64,000 nucleotides of DNA from Balanoglossus misakiensis (taxonomy: Eukaryota; Animalia; Hemichordata): the NCBI GenBank assembly GCA_040954595.2, contig CM082587.2:3108275-3172274 (forward strand). Direction: 5' to 3'. The position numbers and the translations under genes are program-made. Of the stretch, positions 1 through 14,400 are shown piece after piece. Below the pieces are notes generated by a model. It saw only the letters and a list, made by a program, of their open reading frames with translations. It ran no database searches and was not told the origin of the DNA. How positions within the stretch are numbered: the first letter of the stretch is position 1; every line of letters begins with the position of its first letter.

Positions 1-233
1 TATAAGTTTGCAACTTGAAAGACCTGCAGTCTGCACGTTGCAAGGCGCACACACGTGTTGTACTAGCAGCAGACGCCTATGGGCACTTCCGGTATGCATG
101 ATTCTTCCTCAGTTTTGGGACAAGAATATAACTTTTTCATCGACGTTTTCGTTATATTACAGACTTTGTTTATTTCACTGTGCCCGACATGCGTTGTCTG
201 ATCGGTAATCATAATATGTAGAGAGAAATTTAC

Positions 234-278
234 CTTTTTCTCCCTTGTTTGTAAACCATTCTCTTCTGAGTCAGCCAT
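234..278 (-). CDS. Putative first coding exon of a gene divergent from CDC7 (MADSEENGLQTREKK); identity unknown, remainder would lie left of the window
   Basis: Minus strand reads ccaaaATGGCT, a strong Kozak context, then 15 open codons and AAG|gtaaat, a phase-0 donor. It lies about 250 bp from the CpG-rich CDC7 promoter. Confidence 0.45.
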
Positions 279-499
279 TTTGGTTGGTTTGTTCACAGGT
301 CTGATCAATCATTACTCCGCTGGAAAAATGTTAATAAATATCATAGATCATATTTTCACTTTATTTGTATTTTTTGCAATCAATTTTGCATCATCCCACA
401 ATAAGTTAAACTAACTTAGTAGATATAAAAATTTCATTCCAATTTCGTGTTCGGTAAAACTCGGATTTTATGGCTTCGCCTTCAGCTCGGAAGTTTCCT

Positions 500-585
500 T
501 ATTTGGAAACGCGCGCGTAATGCAAATGTGAACGCGTACGCGCGAAATGCAAATGCTGCGTTTACGTACAAGCGGGAGAAGCTAG
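500..585. promoter_or_regulatory. CpG-rich CDC7 (probably bidirectional) promoter with E2F and octamer motifs
   Basis: GCGCGAAA (TTTCGCGC on minus, canonical E2F) at 540-547. ATGCAAAT octamers at 520-527 and 547-554. GCGGGAGAA (E2F-like) at 572-580. A probable 5'UTR exon donor GAG|gtcagt lies near 608, and an acceptor tctacag| at 914. Confidence 0.6.
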
Positions 586-935
586 CTCATGGTGACCGAA
601 GGCAAGAGGTCAGTATATTTCATTTTAGGCAGATCCTTTCTTCTGAAATGGTTAGATCGGGTGCTTAGATCATCTGATGTAACTTACAGATTAATTTTTA
701 GCGTTGACAACTTCGAAATTAACCCAATTCTGCCTCATAATGCATTTCTGTGGTTGTCCACAAAGGGTGTCAACTCAAAAGTCCTGTTGCATAGCGACCT
801 GTACAGTGTACTGTACCCCCCCCCCCCCCTCAGAGGGACTATAACTCCTCACATATAATCATTGGTTTGTCGCGCCGTGAATTAACAATTACATTTTGTT
901 TCTATCATCTACAGATTGTAAACTAATGCTTGAAA

Positions 936-3543
<2,608 letters not shown>

Positions 3544-3930
3544 TATGTGGACATCGACGTATAAAATACGTACATTGAACCAACAGTGTAATATTTTAAA
3601 GACATGATGGGTGTTTTATGATCATTTTAATTTTAAGATTTTATGCATCTTGAACTATTTTAAATGTGTAAGTAAAAAAAAATTGGTTACTTTTTTATCA
3701 AAAGACCAAAGGATGAAAGATTTTTATACAAATTTTACAGCTGAAATATAGTTTTTGTTTCAACAGCAATTTGTATTTTCAGATATAATTCTTCCATTTT
3801 ATAAAATTTGAATTAAATGTTTATCTTTCAAAATTAATGGTGTCAAATTATCCATGTTTGATTTTGTTGTTGGGACCTGTCATCTCCTTGGACAAAAAAT
3901 CTATAACAAAGGCCTCTCAGATTTCAGATT

Positions 3931-3953
3931 TTTATTATTTTTCTTCAAATAAA
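3931..3953. terminator. Closely spaced opposing poly(A) signals (AATAAA on + at 3948-3953 for CDC7; AATAAA on - at 3931-3936)
   Basis: Both hexamers are directly visible about 400 nt after the CDC7 stop. Their use is inferred. Confidence 0.45.
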
Positions 3954-6900
3954 GTTCCAGATGAGTACAACAACTTAAAAGATAAACACTTGTTTTGACA
4001 CAAACTACACGTATCTTTTTAAAAAAAAATGAAACACTGAGGAATTTAAAATAACTGAAAACATCAAAGGAAAAAAAAGAATATCAAGTTCCGTCTGATT
4101 TCAATAAGAATGTATTTACAGAAATGAGAAAAAAATCTATTTCTCATTTAGCATGATTTCCCCCCATCCTCATATTTATGCCTTTTACTGCCGAAAAGTA
4201 CAATAAAAAGCAATTGTTTACGCTCACAAACAATACATATTTGCAACCGTCCACACATACACGCACACCACAGGTTCTCGATAACACACTTTGTCACAAA
4301 TTCTCCATATTAACGAAACAAAACCATCTGCACCATATACTCGGACAGCAGTGCAAAATGTGACTTCCTAATGGTCAATGCAATGATATAAATACAGCTA
4401 CACAGGGGGAAAAATTACAGACACTAATATCTCCTCCACGAGCCCTGCCATTTTTGTGAAATGCAAGGAACACAAGAGATAGCTGCTGGAGTCACCACTG
4501 GACAACACACACTGCTTGTGATTTTTCTACTGGCAGTTTTAAAAAAAACAGTAGGTTGCTATTTCGCATTTGACTCTGAAAAACTTCGCGGACTACATGA
4601 TCAGCCCGAGAAACGACTCAAAACGACATATCAGTCGAACTACTACTCCATGTAGTTTTTCAGTCTTTTTCTTGGCTACAAGTCACACTCAACGCCATTC
4701 AATTGAATGTGGCCGCTTTTAATCACAACATTACTTTCCCACAAACTGCACAGTCGGTCGCTGTCACCACCTTCAATTTGTATAAATATATCCGAAAAAT
4801 ATCTAAACGAATGAGAATCATTATTATCCAAAATAGAATTTGTACACATTTTTAAAAAAATTCTGAAGACAAAACGTTGACCAGCAATGTTGGCAACCCT
4901 AAAGAATGACTATGGCTTTACAACCTATTAAGTCCTAAAACTATGTAGGCCAATGCTCTAACCTCTCCCAATCCCATATTTCCAGGACTGCCACCCTGCA
5001 TTATGTTAAATATTATGGGATGGAGCTGGTCAACTCTGACCTCCTGAATGAACATTACTTTTCCCAATCCTCTTAGTTAATCACCATCTTTACACTTTTT
5101 GTCTACCTTTATGTGTTTTGGAACCCATTTATGGTATAGCCACCAGGCTGCTTTTGTGGAGTTTTTCTTTGCGGTGCGTGCTAGCTCTCAAATTGGTCAG
5201 GCCACCATTTTGTTCCCAAGGCTGCATGCCGACAAGCTGTCAAGTGACAAATATACAAACTACTGCTACACTTTATAGGACGATTAGCATTAGTGCCAAT
5301 TCACGGTCAGGTCATGTTGCCGTGAGGGACTGGCTACTACTAAACTTCTAACACTCACTCGGGATGGACCGGAAAAAAGAGTAGAAAGATTCCAAGTGCA
5401 CAATGTACATTACATACTATACACGTATATTGGTCACAGCTGCTTCGTGTGTATATTTATGTACAAATGTACATCAAAGTTTAACGTCAAGATTCCCCTT
5501 CCCAGAGAAGAGGGTGAACTGAGAAATGTATGAAAATATAAAGCTTTGAGAATTCCCCTTTGACCCGATGAACATTTTGGCAGTGCTGCTATGATGAAGT
5601 TCACTGCAGTTAACTCTGTCTTTCTGACATCAAATTTTGTGGTGGCCAGAATTATTGTGCTCCGATTGGAGGTTACTGATTGTGACAAAAAAGTTGCATG
5701 GATTTTGCAACCATGAAACTCCCCCCCCCCTCCCCCCCAGGTAAAACCTCCTGATAAGTTTACATTACCCATTTTTTCTCCTATACATCCTGTTTTGAGG
5801 GACAAATGGTATGTCGGTGAAAAAAATTTAGAACAGAACGATTTAAGGTGGGTTGAATTTTTCAAGTGACTGAACCAATGTGATCAGTGGTTTTCAGGTG
5901 GAAATACATGTAAAAAAAATCATGGCAAATTACACTGAGGTAGAGGGAACGTGTAACAACGCATGAGGTAGACACTGACAAATATTGAGGAATACCAGTT
6001 TGAATTTTTTGTGTAGAAATTTTGAGGTCACATCGGAATTCATAGTGGAAATATTTTAAATACCAATGTGTGTTGCCATTCCAACATTTCAACTGATCAG
6101 AATCTGAGAAGGAATGGAATATTTTGTCGCTCTCCCCCCCCTAAAATAACTCGACTACAAACAGGTTCTGTGAGGTAAGTGAACTTTGTACTGCCTGAGT
6201 AGGAACAAGGACGGGTTTCTCCTCAAAATCAAAAATCAGACACCCTCTTCCAAAACCCCTCAAACCAGGATGATAGCAGAAACGTAAAAATTGACAAATG
6301 TCAGCTAATTCCCATAAGATCAGCTGCCTTCAATACTGGACGTAGCATGAGTGCACCCCTTCGCAACTATACTTTGGTAGGCTTCTATGATTTCTATGGC
6401 TAACTGGACCAGTGTACAGAAATTCAGGGGGGGGGGAGGAGGAGTAATCTTAAAAGTCACAGGTAAAATACTTTCTCATATTCAGCGAAAGAAAAGGGAA
6501 AAGGGGATCAGATAGCTCCTTCTCGACCACAAACCCTTGGAAGTATTTGTGCAAAATAGAAATTACATCACAAAATCATTTTTTGCACTCTACACTCCAA
6601 TATAGCATTAAAATAGCCCGTGGTTACATTTTTTTCTACTTTTTTCTATATGTCATCACTAGTAAATACTACATTATCAACATTTTGTCTGTGAAAGATT
6701 ACATTACTAGCAATAATTGTCTTCAGCTGCATTTCCTTTGTTTCCATGGTAACATTTTGTATCAATTTCAAGAGACATTTACAACTGGCAAAACACTTTC
6801 TTGTTTTTTTTCTCCATAAAACTGAGAGATATAAGTAATGCTGAAAACATTTTTCCCCTTTCATCGGTCATTGCCGTCCCAACATCTACAGTAAAAAGCT

Positions 6901-8088
6901 GCATGTTTTGAAACTATCATTAAAATTTACTGTTTTGATAAAAACAAAAACAAATGAGGTAGCCAGAACTGAAAACAAGTCCTGTTGAATAAATTTTCTT
7001 TTTTACACTCTGTCATTTTCAGAAACAACCAGCGTCAATGACAGTAATTCACAAAAATGTCTGTTGCCTCTTAGTATTTGCTACGAATTTCACAAGATTA
7101 TTTATCTTCATGAACGCCACTGTTATATTTTGGAGTTCACCCCTCCTTGATGACATACCACCCACCCCATCTGCCAATGGATTATCCCAACTTGAATTTC
7201 CTTGAGGTCCTTAATATTGTCCATTCAGCATCCCTGAGCAAAAGACAAGGGAATTCACGATGGGATTCTTATCCCACCCATCGAAAAACAACACTTCATG
7301 CCAACTACAGGTAAACCTACAGTCCTACTTGTGGAAAAAAATATCTTGTGTCTGACTACTATGTTTTATATCTTCTCCTGCCTATTCACACGACTCAAAA
7401 TTAAGAAATTGAGCATACTTTTCATAGCATAATTCTCCTGACTGAGGGCGTCTTTCAAAATGGCCACTAGGAAGGGCAGGGGGGTGATTAGCCCCATCAA
7501 CCATTACAATAATTTAACAAGTAGACACAAAATGAGGTAGCCTAACCCTTTATGATGTTGTCAATAACGTTAAGAACCTCGTGTGTCACATTTTGGAGTC
7601 AATGAAGATTGAAAACGCATCGTCATGAACCCCAACTCAGCTCATTGTCACAAACAGGACTATGAGCGACTTCATAAATATTTGAAAACAAAGCCTAACT
7701 ACAAAGGCTTCAGACAAAGCTGTTTAAAAGTACAACCCGGGACTTGTCTTTAAAACGTAGCTTACAGACAGACAGACGACAAGTTCCCTGATTACACAAG
7801 TGAAATGTTGAGGCAAAAAGTACCAAGAAATATAGTGTACTGCTTGCCCAGACTACATTGGTGGCCTAAAAGTGACATATCACAGATCACAGTGAGGACA
7901 GAAAAAAAAGACAAACATCTTGAAATATATAAATTTATATATATGTTGGTATATGTTATATACACAGGTGAGGGTTCCATTGAATGAAAAAAATGTCTCT
8001 GAGTTTTAATTGTGCTATAAATACCTGACAGTGCCTTGTCCTTGATGCAATAAAAATGCCCTGATTTTGCAGAATATTTTTTTACAAT

Positions 8089-8094
8089 TTTATT
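8089..8094 (-). terminator. Proximal AATAAA poly(A) signal for the TGFBR3-like gene
   Basis: TTTATT on + about 355 nt past the stop codon. Confidence 0.35.
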
Positions 8095-8448
8095 TAGCTT
8101 TGGTGACAAAACCACTTGACAGAGAGCAGCAATTCCAAAATGGCCACCAGGTAATCCCCCCTCTGGGTGGTCACACTGCCAGCATCATCTTAGTTACTTC
8201 AAGCCAATCCCAGGAATTCTGGTCACATGAATTTTACTAGAAAAATGACCACAATTTTTCCATAAAACTTCACACGTGGCCATTTTGAAACTGCTGCCGT
8301 CTCAAACGGCTAAATAACTACCACCCTATAATGTCCCACTCATTTGGTATAACCCAATCACGCCCATTAGTTTTTCGGCTGGATTGTACCATTCCTGAGG
8401 AAGTACAGGGTTGTTTTTTTACAGGATGTGCGCATCTTTTTTCTTCTT

Positions 8449-11400
8449 CTACGTTGACATGGCTGACATTGGTGTTGACATTGAGGATGGGTAAGGGTAA
8501 GAATGGACAGCGTGTCCGTTGGCAGTGGGGCCGTTACCGATGGTTACACCTTGAAACTGTCCAAACTGGGGGTGCTGCGGCGGCTGCGACGGCGTCTCTT
8601 CTGAAGCTTGCTGCGGCTGTTTCTGCATCATTGGACCTGTCAAATAAATGCTTTGAGCATTAACACATCATACTGAAATATACTGAAATATAACATCAGG
8701 GTGGCTACCCCCTGAGCATTTAGGTTCCCACTCAACAGGTGGTTGGGCTTAGGGTAAGTGTCCGGCAAGCAAATGTCAAGGGGGTGACTGTCCAAGAATC
8801 AAAAGAACACACAACTGCATGGGATATAGAGTATAATTGCATACCTGTGTGCGTGTGTATATACCACAAGGCTGCCGTCAACAACACTCCTATAATAAAC
8901 GCTGCAAAGGCGATTCCAACCACTGCACCAGTCTCGAGGCCAATTATAACTACAAAACAATGATACCAAAAAATCAACATTAAACAGAAGCACACAATAA
9001 ACTGAAGAATACGACGGGAATATAATTTTGACAGTGGTCTCTTTTATAGCAATAGACAAAATGAAAAACTTGCTTGACTTACTTTCATTGATTGGTTGTT
9101 GTTGTTTGCTTGCTCCAGTGGGGGGTTCATCAGTTTGTCCTCCACCTCCTGACAATTTAACTTCCTCTTTTGGTTTCGATCCTGACCCAGATCCTGGATT
9201 GCCTATGAGGAAACCAGACAGGTCAGGCATTAAACTAAGGGAATGTATTTGTAAAGTTCGTCAAGAACTGAACGTTGTCCCAAAAATAATCTGTAAGACA
9301 TGATTCCTTCAAGTATAGTACTAACAGCTTCTACCATACAAAGAAAACTGCCCCAGGTAACTTAGAGCTTGTCTAACCTTGCAGCTGTATGGGTCCCAAT
9401 GTCTTGTGTCCCAGCATCATCAGGGATGTGTGGTCAATATCTGGCTGTGCTTGCAATTGAATGCAACGCTCAACTTGGTTCAGACACTGCGAGAATAAAA
9501 TAGAACCATACAAATTATATGTGTGTAGGAAACCTAGCTTGGTATCAACATTTTTATACGAGAATGGGCAATGAATCTACCCACCCAAGAAAGAAGCAAA
9601 AACAAAGCTTTCCAAACTCACCAGAGGTAACGGCAGTTGTGTGTTCTTCTCTCGTGCACATGTGGTGATCTCACAGTGAACATACTGAGGCTCTTGTGAG
9701 GTCACGTAGAAACTGAAGCGGTAGAGCTTGGTTTGGCTCGGCATATCGAACCGGTCTGCCAGGTCGCTCAGGCTCAAGTCCTCGGTCACAATCCTCGAGT
9801 CGTGACACCTTGAAGGTCAAGGAGAAGGTTATTAGTACGCGGTCATGGCACTGAATTGTCATCTTCTGCTATACTCTCTGATGCCAATGTATCATATCAT
9901 AAATGCTGAATCTCACACAAAAATGAGACAAATTGCCCACATACCCATTTTCAATCAGCATCACTGCACCCGGTCCTTTCCCCTGATCTGCGCTCGAGGA
10001 AAGCCAGCAATTCTGAGGCATGACGCCAAACATGTCCAAGTCGGTCCTCAACCCCAGCTCCACGTGAATCTGGGCATGGTTTATGCCAACAGTCCACGGG
10101 AAGCTTGTGTGTTCATTCACGTAGAGTGCCGTTTCAAACACTCGCATGGTGTAATCATCGATGCGTGTCGGATCGTCGCCCTTCTGGATGGGGACGTCCT
10201 CGTCGACGCGGCCAGTGTGGTACTGACAGGAGAACTCAATCTTGAGGGTTTGCAGGTCTTCGTCGTCACTGGGCGGATCCTCGCCCACCGCGGACGCATC
10301 CAGAGTCTCGGTTGCGCTACCTTCCACCGTGAACTCACTGGTGACCACAAGCTAAAGAGAAAATAGGGAAAGATGTGTAACCACAAAGGAGAAAATAGCA
10401 TAAGACTAAAGTGAAGGACACAACAGCAAGGAACTTGAGGGAAAAGAATCTACTCACAGCATTGGTGAATATCACTTGTGTCGCCTGATCATCAAGTTGT
10501 GTGTCGCAGCCGTCCAGCAGGGTGGACAGCGTGTAGTGGGTGGCGTTCTCCGACGCCCTGCAGCTTCTGTCCTCCAGAGACAAGCTGTCTCCAGAGATAC
10601 CAAACATCTCCAAGGCGTCTTTCTTCACGGCAACGGTGATCCCTTGCGCGTGACAGTCTACGCTCATCGCATAATGCACGATCTGTTTGGTGCTTGACGG
10701 GTCCAGGAGTGGCGGTTCAACTTCTATGTTTTCTTCATCTGAAACTGTGATCAGTTTTTGCGGTTATAAATCAGTCAAGTCTAATTTGAATCAGCAAGAA
10801 AAGTATGGCGGAACACTTCTGCATTATTCATAAATATGCATCCAGAAATCCGCGACAAACACATGAATAAGAACATTTTGACTTACATGTCCTAGCGAGC
10901 TGCACATTGAACATGTTTGCCAGCTGTGCTTCTGTGTAGGACACCAGGTGCTTGTATCGCTGAGCCGCCCAGTTGATGAGCTCTGAGCCGGACTTCAGAG
11001 GGTTTCCCGCATCTCCGACCGGTTGGATAGTCAGCGAATCCTGATCGACGTCCACAACGTCAACGTTGCCATTAGTCTGATTTCAGAAAGAAAAAAAGAA
11101 ACGATCAAATTTTACAAAGTACAATAGCACAAAATCATGTGTGCACTCACAGCAGCAATTTCAATTCAAATATTTATGAAATGTTCCCGAAAATCGACTC
11201 ACCAAAATTTCAACGTTTCCAGTAATCCTCTCTGCCGACACTTGCCAATTGACGCCGCTCGGACCTTTCAATATCAGCAAGACGTTCTTTCTCGGCGCAC
11301 CCTCATCCTCCTTGTCGGACGCGATCTTCAAAATGGCGTTCTGTATCTCGGCATTCTCTCTGACCTGCTTACTTATGCTGTGGACTTCAATGACGTGGAC

Positions 11401-14400
11401 CTCCTTATCGGACAGGTCTCTGCTCTGCGGGAGGGCGCACCCGTTGGCCGGTTGCTTCTCCTGGTAGGCGGCCATCGTGTTGGGGGAGAAGAAGTTGCTG
11501 GCAAGGACACAGTCTGGAGGAAGGAGTGATACTGCAAAAGAGAAACATATGTGTAAGCTAAGCCAACTTCTAAAGCACTGAAACTTGACCAGAAGGCTGC
11601 AATGTCTGGAATCACACCAACCTTCTCCAACTCTGACATAGATGTGGTCTGCCCTCTGTATCTCGGTGAACGACGTGGCCACACCATAGCGTTCTTTCGC
11701 CCATTCCAGCAGACGGTTGCTGTCTTTCGGCAAGCGATGCTCTTTGTGGACATCCACTTGAAGATCCCCCACAGTCTTCACCTTTGACCCTCGCCTCACC
11801 TGGCAAACAAAAAAGATGAAAGGTTATAAGCCTACAGTTACAGTACAAAAGGCCACCCCATATAGTTATGTACGTACAAACATGCAATATTTGGGATTCA
11901 TTTGTGTTTGCGAAGAGACTGATCCACAAGCGATATGCCACTCGATACTTGGAACATTCTCGGGGTTCTTTTGAAATATTTGACCCAGTATGACCGATCT
12001 CTGACCCACGGATTGCAAGACGTGGCCGAGTTGAAACAGCTCCTTTCCAGAGGAAGGTCACCCTGACCTGGGTTGTCAACGGATGTGTGTCAGCGGCAAG
12101 CTGGCACGATAACGTTCCGCCCAATTGCTTGCAGCCATTTGTCAACACCCTATTGAAACCCTTGCTTTTGGAAGGCACCCAAGTAATGAAACTTGAAACG
12201 TGTGTGTGAGTGTGACATATATATCAGTGAGCCCTCCCAAGCATGACTATACAAAAGCCTTCAGTCACTTTGAGAATTCCCACAAATTTCTGTGTGTACA
12301 CTATTTCAATTCGATATAGATACTTTTCTTGTATCACCACTGAGTTTGGGTGAGTTATACATGGATTAGTGGGCGTACCAGTGGGCTGGAGCAAAAAAAA
12401 AAAATATGCTATGCATCCACTGATGGCTTGCAGGCCAAAATGTGATGACATGTACAAAGCAGTTCTTTAAAACACATTAATTTCAGAGACTAAGTGAGTA
12501 CAGACAACTGCCAGAAAGTGGGAAAGACCCTGATGAAAGAGTTTACTGAGAAGACACAGCCCAGCGAATTTAGCACGCGGTATGGTTACACTCCATCCCT
12601 TTCAGTAATTCTGGCTCGGCTTAAGGAAGTACACGTAAACCTAATTTGTCAATAAACTAGTTACCAGTTCTAAAATAGCAAATATGTTTCTATAAATGCC
12701 AATAGTGTGTGAACTTATGAAAATATTGGATGTCATGAGCGAGGAATTTGCAGGACGCCCTCTATTGACTCAATTGTGAATGGACGCTGGGGCCTGTGGA
12801 CCTAGATACTGATCTTCGATGGCTTCTATTCACTGTCGAGTATTTTCTCTTTTCGCAATCAAATTGCAGTTGGTAAAAAGCTCACTCTGCTGTCAGAATT
12901 GACTAAAAAATCCTGGATGACGAAGGCAAGCCACGCATATCACCGATAAAGTTAGTCAATATCATCCAAAAATCACACAAATTATTGATAATTATTACAA
13001 TCAACGTGCCCCACGCATATCAGATAAATTATCAATAATTTACCATCAATGTGATCCCAAGAGTCTTGCCACCTCATGTTCTAGCGTATTTGTCATCATA
13101 TTATATGCTTTGTCAGAGCAAGATTACAGTTTTTGAAACCACTACTGAAAAATCACCTTGCCTTAGAGTATAAATAAAAACAGCCAAACCCACAGCCTTA
13201 GAATTGAGCATCAATTCCTCTGTGCTTCTCTGATTCCATTGTGTTTTTAACAGTGACGCACGCCTTTTCAACCGTTACCAGGCATTGACAGATTGAGAAG
13301 GTGACTTTGTAGCTCGTGCAGTGCCCTGTCCCTCAAAACGATGGCGGCCTTCAATGCACTCAGGGGGTTTTGAAATCCTTGGACCCCAATGATTCTAAAC
13401 AACCGGGGAAGGACAGATAGGCTTAGTACTACGTTTGCTTTTTTCATGAGTCGTCACGTCATATTATCATCCATCAATATAATATCTTTGCAGAACTCAT
13501 GATAAACTGACAAAGATTCCCTGGTTTTTAATAGTCCCTACAGTATACAGAATCCTACCATACTGTAACACCACTGAAGATATTCAATGTTCTTATCAGC
13601 GTTTGGGGTTGACAGGTTCTTGTGGAGTGATCATATACATCCCAACTCCACATGTTGGACTATCCATCCGAAATATAAATTTATCAACAAGGTCAGGAAA
13701 AGTAACAGCTGTGCTGGAGAGAGAGAGAGAGAGGGCCCTGGAAAAATAGCACAAGGAGGACGGAATTTCACTTCACAAGGAATTACTTTCACAGTGGCCT
13801 CCATTAAGCACTCACAATGTGTCGACATCAAAAGAATCTGAGATGGATTTTGTTTCAGGGGGATATCAATTGACCTCTTCCGGCGTTGGTTTTGCAAAAA
13901 CACTACACTGCAAGTGGACAGAAAGTTAGTTTCATGGGCGAGAAATGGCTGGCTGATTGGGCCATCATTCCATTCTGGAGTCACACAGCACAGTAGTAGA
14001 TGATGTGTTATCTGTATGTATGCAGGAAGGAAGGACAAAAGATCAAAAACGCTGTCAATAACACTGAATCCCTTGGGGTTGGAGTTACCGGATATGTGTT
14101 TCAACTGATTCATTTTGGTCATGAAATTTACACACATCTTCTTCTGTGTCCGGAATAATCATTCCCAAAAACATACCAGTCACCTCTAAGAAATTATTTT
14201 CCATTATTTGAACATGACGATCTCAAGTTTCTAGTCCATTAGGCCGTGACCATATTGCTTTTCCCATTGAGCAGTTACTGAGACGAAAATACTAATTCAC
14301 TGAATATGAACTCAAAGAAAATCCTACAATCCCTGAGACTATTAAAACATCCTCTATACCCAGATTTGTGACATCGATACACCTTCCACGAGAATCTAAG

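Noticed and set aside
12930-13055. Imperfect ~80-bp duplication starting CCACGCATATCA
   Set aside because: Ordinary local duplication with no structural or coding signal.
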